Of a DNA stretch of 64,000 bases, positions 1 through 14,616 are shown piece after piece. The notes under the pieces were generated by a model. It was not told the origin of the DNA, ran no database searches, and was given only the letters and a program-made list of their open reading frames with translations. A program made the position numbers and the translations under genes. Location of the stretch: contig CAXIUT010000183.1 of assembly GCA_964035545.1 (NCBI GenBank), forward strand, positions 1,550,001 through 1,614,000. Reading direction: 5' to 3'. Within the stretch, counting starts at the first letter, position 1, and each line of letters starts with the position of its first letter. Source of the DNA: Bugula neritina (lineage: Eukaryota; Animalia; Bryozoa).

Positions 1-3000
1 ACACATTGCAATATACTGTAACATACTGAAATATGCTGTAGCACACTGAAATACACTGCAACATCCTACAACATACTGAAATACACTGTAACATATTGAA
101 ATACACTGCAACACATTGAAATATACTGCAACATAACAAAATATATGGTAAACTACTGAAATAGACTTTAACACATTGAAAAATACTGCAACATACTGAA
201 ATATATTGTAACACACTGAATTATACTGCGACATACTGAAATACACTGTAACATACTGAAATATACTGCAACATACTGAAATACACTGCTACATACTGAA
301 ATATACTGCAACGTACTGCAACATACTCCAGCATACTGAAATACACTGTAACATACTGAAATACACTGCAACATACTACCACATATTGAAATACACTGCA
401 ACACATTGAAATGTACTGCAACATACCGAAATATATGGTAAACTACTAAAATATACTGTAACATATTGAAAAATACTGCAACATACTGAAATATACTGCG
501 ACACCTAGCAATATACTGTAACATACTGAAATATGCTCTAGCACACTGAAATACAATGCAACTTACTGAAATATACTGCAACATACTGAAATACACTGCA
601 ACATCCTACAATATGCTGAAATACACTGTAACATATTGAAATACACTGCAACAATTTGAAATATACTGCAACATACCGAAATATATGGTAAACTACTGCA
701 ACATACTACAACATATTGAAATACACTGCAACACATTGAAGTATACTGCAACATACCTAAATATACAGTAATATACTGAAATATACTGTAACACATTGAA
801 AAATACTGCAACATACTGAAATATACTGTAACACACCGAAATATACTGCACCATACTGAAATACACTGTAACATACTGAAATATACTGCAACATACTGAA
901 ATACACTGCTACATACTGAAATATGCTGCAACATACTGCAACATACTGAAATACACTGTAACATACTGAAATAAACTGCAACATACTACAACATATTGAA
1001 ATACACTGCAACACATTGAAATATACTGCAACATACCTAAATATACGGTAATATACTGAAATTCACTGTAACGCATTGCAACATACTGCAACATACTGAA
1101 ATTCACTGCGACACACTGAAATACGCTGCAAAATACTACAACATACTGGAATAAACTGTAACATATTGAAATACACTGCAACACATAGAAAAATACTGCA
1201 ACATACTGAAATATACTGTAACACACTGAAATATACTGCAACATACCGAAATACACTGTAACATACTGAAATATACTGCAACATACTGAAATTCACTGCG
1301 ACACACTGAAATACGCTGCAAAATACTACAACATACTGAAATAAACTGTAACATATTGAAATACACTGCAACACATAGAAAAATACTGCTACATACTGAA
1401 ATATACTGCAACATACTGCAAAATACTGCAACATACTGAAATACACTGTAACATATTGAAGTACACTGCAACACATTGAAATATACTGCAACATACCAAA
1501 ATATATGGTAAACAACTGAAATATACTTTAACACATTGAAAAATACTGCAACATACTGAAATATACTGCGACACTTTGCAATATACTGTAACATACCGAA
1601 ATATGCTCTAGCACACTGAAATACACTGCAACTCACTGAAATAAACTGCAACATACTGAAATACACTGTGACATCCTGAAATATACTGCAACATTCTGAA
1701 ATACACTGCTACATACTGAAATATACTGCAACATACTGCAACATACTGAAATACACTGCAACATACTACAACATACTGAAATACGCTGCAACACATTGAA
1801 ATATACTGCAACATACCTAAATATACGGTAATATACCGAAATATACTGTAACGCATTGAAAAATACTGCAACATACTGAAATACACTGCGACACACTGAA
1901 ATACGCTGCAAAATACTACAACATACTGAAATAAACTGTAACATATTGAAATACACTGCAATACATTGAAAAATAATGCAATATACTGAAATATACTGTA
2001 ACACACTGAAATATACTGCAACATACTGAAATACACTGTAACATACTGAAATATACTGCAACGTACTGAAATACACTGCTACATACTGAAATATACTGTA
2101 GCATACTGCAACATACTGAAATACACTGTAACATACTGAGATACACTGTCGCATACTGCAACATATTGAACTACACTGCAACACATTGAAATATATTGCA
2201 ACTTATCGAATATATGGAAAACTACTGAAATATACTGTAACGCATGGAAAAAGACTGCAACATACTGAAATATATTGCGACACATTGCAATATACTGTAA
2301 TTTACTGAAAAATGCTGTAGCACACTGAAATATACTGCAATTCGCTGAAATATACTGCAACATTCTGAAATACACCGCAACATTCTACAACATACTAAAA
2401 TACACTGTAACATTTCGAAATACACTGCAACACATTGAATTATACTGCAACATAATGAAATATATGGTAAACTACTGAAATGTATTTTAACAAATTGAAA
2501 AATACTGCAACATACTGAAATATACTGTAACACACTGAAGTATACTGCAACATACTGAAATACACTGTAACATACTGAAATATACTGCAACATACTGAAA
2601 TACACTGCTACATACTGAAATATACTGCAACGTACTGCAACATACTGCAACATACTGAAATACACTGTAACATACTGAAATACACTGCAACATATTACCA
2701 CATATTGAAATACACTGCAACACATTGAAATGTACTGCAACATACCGAAATATATGGTAAACTACTAAAATATACTGTAACACATTGAAAAATACTGCAA
2801 CATACTGAAATATACTGCGACACCTAGCAATATACTGTAACATACTGAAATATGCTCTAGCACACTGAAATACAATGCAACTTACTGAAATATACTGCAA
2901 CATACTGAAATACACTGCAACATCCTACAATATGCTGAAATACACAGTAACATATTGAAATACACTGCAACACTTTGAAATATACTGCAACATACCGAAA

Positions 3001-6000
3001 TAAATGGTAAACTACTGCAACATACTACAACATACTGAAATACACTGCAACACATTGAAATATACTGTGACATACCTAAATATACGGTAAGATACTGAAA
3101 TATACTGTAACACATTGAAAAATACTGCAACATACTGAAATATACTGTAACACACCGAAATATACTGCAACATACTGAAATACACAGTAACATACTGAAA
3201 TACACTGCTACATACTGAAATACACTGCTACATACAGAAATATGCTGCAACATCCTGCAACATACTGAAATACACTGTAACATACTGAAATAAACTGCAA
3301 CATACTACAACATATTGAAATACACTGCAACACATTGAAATATACTGCAACATACCTAAATATACGGTAATATACTGAAATTCACTGTAACGCATTGCAA
3401 AATACTGCAACATACTGAAATTCACTGCGACACACTGAAATACGCTGCAAAATACTACAACATACTGAAATAAACTGTAACATATTGAAATACACTGCAA
3501 CACATAGAAAAATACTGCAACATACTGAAATATACTGTAACACACTGAAATATACTGCAACATACTGAAATACACTGTAACATACTGAAATATACTGCAA
3601 CATACTGAAATACACTGCTACATACGGAAATATTCTGCAACATACTGCAACATACTGCAATACACTGTAACATACTGAAATACACTGCAACATACTACAA
3701 CATATTGAAATACACTGCAACACATTGAAATACACTGCAACTTACCGAATATATGGCAAACTACTGAAATATACTGTAACGCATTGAAAAATACTGCAAC
3801 ATACTGAAATATATTGCGACACATTGCAATATACTGTAACATACTGAAAAATGCTGTAGCACACTGAAATATACTGCAATTCACTGAAATATACTGCAAC
3901 ATACTGAAATACACCGCAACATCCTACAACATACTGAAATACACTGTAACATATTGAAATACACTGCAACACATTGAAATATACTGCAACATAACGAAAT
4001 ATATGGTAAACTACTGAAATAAATTTTAACACATTGAAAAACACTGCAACATACTGAAATATATTTTAACACATTGAAAAATACTGCAACATACTGAAGT
4101 ATACTGTAACACACTGAAGTACACTGCAACTCACTGAAATATACTGCAATATACAGAAATACACTGCAACATCCTACAAAATGCTGAAATACACTGTAAC
4201 ATACTGAAATACACTGCAACACACTGAAATACACCGCAAAATACTACAACATACTGAAATACACTGTAAGATATTGAAATCCACTGCAACACATTGAAAT
4301 ATACTGCAACATACCGAAATATATGGTAAACTAATGAAATATACTGTAACACATTGAAAAATACCGCAACATACTGAAATATACTGCGACACATTGCAAT
4401 ATACTGTAACATATTGAAATATGCTGTAGCACACTGAAATACACTGCAACATCCTACAACATACTGAAATACACTGTAACATATTGAAATACACTGCAAG
4501 AAATTGAAATAGACTGCAACATAACAAAATATATGGTAAACTACTGAAATAGACTTTAACACATTGAAAAATACTGCAACATACAGAAATATACTGTAAC
4601 ACGCTGAAATATACTGCAACATACTGAAATACACTGTAACATTCTGAAATATACTGCAACATACTGAAATACACTGCTACATACTGAAATATACTGCAAC
4701 ATACTGCAAAATACTGCAACATACTGAAATACACTGTAACATATTGAAGTACACTGCAATACATTGAAAAATAATGCAATATACTGAAATATACTGTAAC
4801 ACACTGAAATATACTGCAACATACTGAAATACACTGTAACATACTGAAATATACTGCAACGTACTGAAATACACTGCTACATACTGAAATATACTGTAGC
4901 ATACTGCAACATACTGAAATACACTGTAACATACTGAGATACACTGTCGCATACTGCAACATATTGAACTACACTGCAACACATTGAAATATATTGCAAC
5001 TTATCGAATATATGGAAAACTACTGAAATATACTGTAACGCATGGAAAAAGACTGCAACATACTGAAATATATTGCGACACATTGCAATATACTGTAATT
5101 TACTGAAAAATGCTGTAGCACACTGAAATATACTGCAATTCGCTGAAATATACTGCAACATTCTGAAATACACCGCAACATCCTACAACATACTAAAATA
5201 CACTGTAACATTTCGAAATACACTGCAACACATTGAATTATACTGCAACACAACGAAATATATGGTAAACTACTGAAATGTATTTTAACAAATTGAAAAA
5301 TACTGCAACATACTGAAATATACTGTAACACACTGAAGTATACTGCAACATACTGAAATACACTGTAACATACTGAAATATACTGCAACATACTGAAATA
5401 CACTGCTACATACTGAAATATACTGCAACGTACTGCAACATACTGCAACATACTGAAATACACTGTAACATACTGAAATACACTGCAACATATTACCACA
5501 TATTGAAATACACTGCAACACATTGAAATGTACTGCAACATACCGAAATATATGGTAAACTACTAAAATATACTGTAACACATTGAAAAATACTGCAACA
5601 TACTGAAATATACTGCGACACCTAGCAATATACTGTAACATACTGAAATATGCTCTAGCACACTGAAATACAATGCAACTTACTGAAATATACTGCAACA
5701 TACTGAAATACACTGCAACATCCTACAATATGCTGAAATACACAGTAACATATTGAAATACACTGCAACACTTTGAAATATACTGCAACATACCGAAATA
5801 AATGGTAAACTACTGCAACATACTACAACATACTGAAATACACTGCAACACATTGAAATATACTGTGACATACCTAAATATACGGTAAGATACTGAAATA
5901 TACTGTAACACATTGAAAAATACTGCAACATACTGAAATATACTGTAACACACCGAAATATACTGCAACATACTGAAATACACAGTAACATACTGAAATA

Positions 6001-7669
6001 CACTGCTACATACTGAAATATACTGCAACATGCTGCAACATACTGAAATACGCTGTAACATACTGAAATACACTGCAACATACTACAACATATTGAAATA
6101 CACTGCAACACATTGAAATGTACTGCAACATACCGAAATATACGGTAACATACTGAAATATACTGTAACACATTGAAAAATACTGCAACATACTGAAATA
6201 CACTGCAACACACTGAAATATACCGCAAAATACTACAACATACTGAAATACACTGTAACATATTGAAATACACTGCAACACATTGAAATAAACTGCAACA
6301 TACCGAAATATATGGTAAACTAATGAAATATACTGTAACACATTGAAAAATACCGCAACATACTGAAATATACTGCGACACATTGCAATATACTGTAACA
6401 TACTGAAATATGCTGTAGCACACTGAAATACACTGCAACATCCTACAACATACTGAAATACACTGTAACATATTGAAATACACTGCAACACATTGAAATA
6501 TACTGCAACATAACAAAATATATGGTAAACTACTGAAATAGACTTTAACACATTGAAAAATACTGCAACATACTGAAATATACTGTAACACACTGAATTA
6601 TACTGCGACATACTGAAATACACTGTAACATACTGAAATATACTGCAACATACTGAAATACACTGCTACATACTGAAATATACTGCAACGTACTGCAACA
6701 TACTCCAGCATACTGAAATACACTGTAACATACTGAAATACACTGCAACATACTACCACATATTGAAATACACTGCAACACATTGAAATGTACTGCAACA
6801 TACCGAAATATATGGTAAACTACTAAAATATACTGTAACATATTGAAAAATACTGCAACATACTGAAATATACTGAGACACCTAGCAATATACTGTAACA
6901 TACTGAAATATGCTCTAGCACACTGAAATACAATGCAACTTACTGAAATATACTGCAACATACTGAAATACACTGCAACATCTTACAATATGCTGAAATA
7001 CACTGTAACATATTGAAATACACTGCAACAATTTGAAATATACTGCAACATACCGAAATATATGGTAAACTACTGCAACATACTACAACATATTGAAATA
7101 CACTGCAACACATTGAAGTATACTGCAACATACCTAAATATACGGTAATATACTGAAATATACTGTAACACATTGAAAAATACTGCAACATACTGAAATA
7201 TACTGTAACACACCGAAATATACTGCACCATACTGAAATACACTGTAACATACTGAAATATACTGCAACATACTGAAATACACTGCTACATACTGAAATA
7301 TGCTGCAACATACTGCAACATACTGAAATACACTGTAACATACTGAAATAAACTGCAACACAATATAACATATTGAAATACACTGCAACACATTGAAATA
7401 TACTGCAACATACCTAAATATACGGTAATATACTGAAATTCACTGTAACGCATTGCAACATACTGCAACATACTGAAATTCACTGCGACACACTGAAATA
7501 CGCTGCAAAATACTACAACATACTGAAATAAACTGTAACATATTGAAATACACTGCAACACATAGAAAAATACTGCAACATACTGAAATATACTGCAACA
7601 CACTGAAATATACTGCAACATACTGAAATACACTGTAACATACTGAAATATACTGCAACATACTGAAAT
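1..7669. repeat. Dispersed duplication, ~1.29 kb: 1-1292 repeated at 6378-7669 (offset 6377)
   Basis: Near-identical ORF pairs 168..596/6545..6973, 221..424/6598..6801 and 909..1256/7286..7633 all differ by 6377. Both copies share rare variants (acatactccagc, acaatttgaa, ctgcaccatac). Confidence 0.9.
1953..6020. repeat. Dispersed duplication, ~1.27 kb: 1953-3222 repeated at 4751-6020 (offset 2798)
   Basis: Identical ORF pairs 2079/4877, 2222/5020 and 2487/5285 differ by 2798. The variants acttatcgaa and cgcatggaaa are found only in these two copies. Confidence 0.92.
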
Positions 7670-10600
7670 ACACTGCTACATACGGAAATATTCTGCAACA
7701 TACTGCAACATACTGCAATACACTGTAACATACTGAAATACACTGCAACATACTACAACATATTGAAATACACTGCAACACATTGAAATACACTGCAACT
7801 TACCGAATATATGGTAAACTACTGAAATATACTGTAACGCATTGAAAAATACTGCAACATACTGAAATATATTGCGACACATTGCAATATACTGTAACAT
7901 ACTGAAAAATGCTGTAGCACACTGAAATATACTGCAATTCACTGAAATATACTGCAACATACTGAAATACACCGCAACATCCTACAACATACTGAAATAC
8001 ACTGTAACATATTGAAATACACTGCAACACATTGAAATATACTGCAACATAACGAAATATATGGTAAACTACTGAAATAAATTTTAACACACTGAAAAAT
8101 ACTGCAACATACTGCAATATATTTTAACACATTGAAAAATACTGCAACATACTGAAGTATACTGTAACACACTGAAGTATACTGTAACATACTGAAATAT
8201 ACTGTAACACACTGAAGTACACTGCAACTCACTGAAATATACTGCAATATACAGAAATACAAGGCAACATTCTACAAACTACTGAAATATACTGTAACAC
8301 ATTGAAATATACTGCAACATACTGAAATACACTGTAACATACTGAAATATACTGCATCATACTGAAATACACTGCTACATACTGAAATATACTGCAACAT
8401 ACTGCAAGATACTGAAATACACTGTAACATACTGAAATAAACTGCAACATACTACAACATATTGAAATACACTGCAACACATTGAAATATACTGCTACAT
8501 ACCTAAATATACGGTAATATACTGAAATATACTGTAACACATTGAAAAAACTGCAACATACTGAAATACACTGCAACACACTGAAATACACCGCAAAATA
8601 CTACAACATACTGAAATACACTGTAACATATTGAAATCCACTGCAACACATTGAAATATACTGCAACATACCGAAATATATGGTAAACTAATGAAATATA
8701 CTGTAACACATTGAAAAATACCGCAACATACTGAAATATACTGCGACACATTGCAATATACTGTAACATATTGAAATATGCTGTAGCACACTGAAATACA
8801 CTGCAACATCCTACAACATACTGAAATACACTGTAACATATTGAAATACACTGCAAGAAATTGAAATAGACTGCAACATAACAAAATATATGGTAAACTA
8901 CTGAAATAGACTTTAACACATTGAAAAATACTGCAACATACAGAAATATATTGTAACACGCTGAAATATACTGCAACATACTGAAATACACTGTAACATT
9001 CTGAAATATACTGCAACATACTGAAATACACTGCTACATACTGAAATATACTGCAACATACTGCAAAATACTGCAACATACTGAAATACACTGTAACATA
9101 TTGAAGTACACTGCAACACATTGAAATAATAATTATACTGCAACATACCAAAATATATGGTAAACAACTGAAATATACTTTAACACATTGAAAAATACTG
9201 CAACATACTGAAATATACTGCGACACTTTGCAATATACTGTAACATACCGAAATATGCTCTAGCACACTGAAATACACTGCAACTCACTGAAATATACTG
9301 CAACATACTGAAATACACTGTAACATACTGAGATACACTGTCGCATACTGCAACATATTGAACTACACTGCAACACATTGAAATATATTGCAACTTATCC
9401 AATATATGGAAAACTACTGAAATATACTGTAACGCATTGAAAAAGACTGCAACATACTGAAATATATTGCGACACATTGCAATATACTGTAATTTACTGA
9501 AAAATGCTGTAGCACACTGAAATATACTGCAATTCGCTGAAATATACTGCAACATTCTGAAATACACCGTAACATCCTACAACATACTAAAATAGACTGT
9601 AACATTTCGAAATACACTGCAACACATTCAATTATACTGCAACATAACGAAATATATGGTAAACTACTGAAATGTATTTTAACAAATTGAAAAATACTGC
9701 AACATACTGAAATATACTGTAACACACTGAAGTATACTGCAACATACTGAAATACACTGTAACATACTGAAATATACTGCAACATACTGAAATACACTGC
9801 TACATACTGAAATATACTGCAACGTACTGCAACATACTGCAACATACTGAAATACACTGTAACATACTGAAATACACTGCAACATATTACCACATATTGA
9901 AATACACTGCAACACATTGAAATGTACTGCAACATACCGAAATATATGGTAAACTACTAAAATATACTGTAACACATTGAAAAATACTGCAACATACTGA
10001 AATATACTGCGACACCTAGCAATATACTGTAACATACTGAAATATGCTCTAGCACACTGAAATACAATGCAACTTACTGAAACATACTGCAACATACTGA
10101 AATACACTGCAACATCCTACAATATGCTGAAATACACAGTAACATATTGAAATACACTGCAACACATTGAAATATACTGTGACATACCTAAATATACGGT
10201 AAGATACTGAAATATACTGTAACACATTGAAAAATACTGCAACATACTGAAATATACTGTAACACACCGAAATATACTGCAACATACTGAAATACACAGT
10301 AACATACTGAAATACACTGCTACATACTGAAATATACTGCAACATACTGCAACATACTGAAATACACAGTAACATACTGAAATACACTGCAACATACTAC
10401 AACATATTGAAATACACTGCAACACATTGAAATGTACTGCAACATACCGAAATATACGGTAATATACTGAAATATACTGTACCACATTGAAAAATACTGC
10501 AACATACTGAAATACACTGCAACACACTGAAACACACCGCAAAAAACTACAACATACTGAAATACACTGTAACATATTAAAACATACTGCAACATACTGA

Positions 10601-12160
10601 AATACACTGCAACACACTGAAATATACCGCAAAATACTACAACATACTGAAATACACTGTAACATATTGAAATACACTGCAACACATTGAAATATACTGC
10701 AACATACCGAAATATATGGTAAACTAATGAAATATACTGTAACACATTGAGAAATACCGCAACATACTGAAAGATACTGCGACACATTGCAATATACTGT
10801 AACATACTGAAATATGATGTAGCACACTGAAATACACTGCAACATCCTACAACATACTGAAATACACTGTAACATATTGAAATACTTTGCAACACATTGA
10901 AATATACTGCAACATAACAAAATATATGGTAAACTACTGAAATAGACTTTAACACATTGAAAAAGACTGCAACATACTGAAATATACTGCGACACCTAGC
11001 AATATACTGTAACATACTGAAATATGCTCTAGCACACTGAAATACAATGCAACTCACTGAAATATACTGCAACATACTGAAATACACTGCAACATCCTAC
11101 AACATGCTGAAATACACTGTAACATATTGAAATACACTGCAACACTTTGAAACATACTGCAACATACCGAAATATATGGTAAACTACTGCAACATACTAC
11201 AACATATTGAAATACACTGCAACACATTGAAATATACTGCAACATACCTAAATATACGGTAATATACTGAAATTCACTGTAACGCATTGCAAAATACTGC
11301 AACATACTGAAATTCACGGTGACACACTGAAATACGCTGCAAAATACTGCAACATACTGAAATACATTGTAACATACTGAAATATACTGCAACATACTGA
11401 AATACACTGCTACATACGGAAATATTCTGCAACATACTGCAACATACTGCAATACACTGTAACATACTGAAATACACTGCAACATACTACAACATATTGA
11501 AATACACTGCAACACATTGAAATACACTGCAACTTACCGAATATATGGTAAACTACTGAAATATACTGTAACGCATTGAAAAATACTGCAACATACTGAA
11601 ATATATTGCGACACATTGCAATATACTGTAACATACTGAAAAATGCTGTAGCACACTGAAATATACTGCAATTCACTGAAATATACTGCAACATACTGAA
11701 ATACACCGCAACATCCTACAACATACTGAAATACACTGTAACATATTGAAATACACTGCAACACATTGAAATATACTGCAACATAACGAAACATATGGTA
11801 AACTATTGAAATAAATTTTAACACATTGAAAAATACTGCAACATACTGAAATATATTATAACACATTGAAAAATACTGCAACATACTGAAGTATACTGTA
11901 ACACACTGAAGTACACTGCAACTCACTGAAATATACTGCAATATACAGAAATACACTGCAACATCCTACAAAATGCTGAAATACACTGTAACATATTGAA
12001 ATACACTGCAACACATTGAAATATACTGCAACATACCCAAATATATGGTAAACTACTGAAATATACTGTAACACATTGACAAATACTGCAACATACTGAA
12101 ATATACTGCAACATACCTAAATATACGGTAATATACTGAAATATACTGTAACACACCGAA

Positions 12161-12600
12161 ATATACTGCAACATACTGAAATACACTGTAACATACTGAA
12201 ATATACTGCAACATACTGAATTACACTGCTACATACTGAAATATACTGCAACATACTGCAACATACTGAAATACACTGTAACATACTGAAATAAACTGCA
12301 ACATACTACAACATATTGAAATACACTGCAACACATTGAAGTATACTGCAACATACCTAAATATACGGTAATATACTGAAATATACTGTAACACATTGAA
12401 AAAACTGCAACATACTGAAATACACTGTAACATACTGAAATATACTGCAACATACTGAATTACACTGCTACATACTGAAATATACTGCAACATACTGCAA
12501 CATACTGAAATACACTGTAACATACTGAAATAAACTGCAACATACTACAACATATTGAAATACACTGCAACACATTGAAGTATACTGCAACATACCTAAA
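12161..12600. repeat. 239-bp-offset tandem duplication carried within the 3077-bp HOR family (also near 15.3, 16.5, 19.6, 35.0 and 43.8 kb)
   Basis: The marker gaattacactgctac occurs at ~12218 and ~12457. ORFs 12221/12460 and 12229/12468 differ by 239 (240 minus a 1-bp deletion). Confidence 0.85.
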
Positions 12601-14616
12601 TATACTGCAACATACTGAAATACACTGTAACATACTGAGATACACTGTCGCATACTGCAACATATTGAACTACACTGCAACACTTTGAAATATATTGCAA
12701 CTTATCCAATATATGGAAAACTACTGAAATATACTGTAACGCATTGAAAAAGACTGCAACATACTGAAATATATTGCGACACATTGCAATATACTGTAAT
12801 TTACTGAAAAATGCTGTAGCACACTGAAATATACTGCAATTCGCTGAAATATACTGCAACATTCTGAAATACACCGTAACATCCTACAACATACTAAAAT
12901 AGACTGTAACATTTCGAAATACACTGCAACACATTCAATTATACTGCAACATAACGAAGTATATGGTAAACTACTGAAATGTATTTTAACAAATTGAAAA
13001 ATACTGCAACATACTGAAATATACTGTAGCACACTAAAGTATACTGCAACATACTGAAATACACTGTAACATACTGAAATATACTGCAACATACTGAAAT
13101 ACACTGCTACATACTGAAATATACTGCAACGTACTGCAACATACTGCAACATACTGAAATACACTGTAACATACTGAAATACACTGCAACATATTACCAC
13201 ATATTGAAATACACAGTAACATATTGAAATACACTGCAACACATTGAAATATACTGTGACATACCTAAATATACGGTAAGATACTGAAATATACTGTAAC
13301 ACATTGAAAAATACTGCAACATACTGAAATATACTGTAACACACCGAAATATACTGCAACATACTGAAATACACAGTAACATACTGAAATACACTGCTAC
13401 ATACTGAAATATACTGCAACATACTGCAACATACTGAAATACACAGTAACATACTGAAATACACTGCAACATACTACAACATATTGAAATACACTGCAAC
13501 ACATTGAAATGTACTGCAACATACCGAAATATACGGTAATATACTGAAATATACTGTACCACATTGAAAAATACTGCAACATACTGAAATACACTGCAAC
13601 ACACTGAAACACACCGCAAAAAACTACAACATACTGAAATACACTGTAACATATTAAAACATACTGCAACATACTGAAATACACTGCAACACACTGAAAT
13701 ATACCGCAAAATACTACAACATACTGAAATACACTGTAACATATTGAAATACACTGCAACACATTGAAATATACTGCAACATACCGAAATATATGGTAAA
13801 CTAATGAAATATACTGTAACACATTGAGAAATACCGCAACATACTGAAAGATACTGCGACACATTGCAATATACTGTAACATACTGAAATATGATGTAGC
13901 ACACTGAAATACACTGCAACATCCTACAACATACTGAAATACACTGTAACATATTGAAATACTTTGCAACACATTGAAATATACTGCAACATAACAAAAT
14001 ATATGGTAAACTACTGAAATAGACTTTAACACATTGAAAAAGACTGCAACATACTGAAATATACTGCGACACCTAGCAATATACTGTAACATACTGAAAT
14101 ATGCTCTAGCACACTGAAATACAATGCAACTCACTGAAATATACTGCAACATACTGAAATACACTGCAACATCCTACAACATGCTGAAATACACTGTAAC
14201 ATATTGAAATACACTGCAACACTTTGAAACATACTGCAACATACCGAAATATATGATAAACTACTGCAACATACTACAACATATTGAAATACACTGCAAC
14301 ACATTGAAATATACTGCAACATACCTAAATATACGGTAATATACTGAAATTCACTGTAACGCATTGCAAAATACTGCAACATACTGAAATTCACGGTGAC
14401 ACACTGAAATACGCTGCAAAATACTGCAACATACTGAAATACACTGTAACATACTGAAATATACTGCAACATACTGAAATACACTGCTACATACGGAAAT
14501 ATTCTGCAACATACTGCAACATACTGCAATACACTGTAACATACTGAAATACACTGCAACATACTACAACATATTGAAATACACTGCAACACATTGAAAT
14601 ACACTGCAACTTACCG

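Noticed and set aside
9127-9133. Mobile element at the TAATAAT insertion
   Set aside because: It is only 7 bp, with no termini or coding sequence, and AAT slippage explains it equally well.
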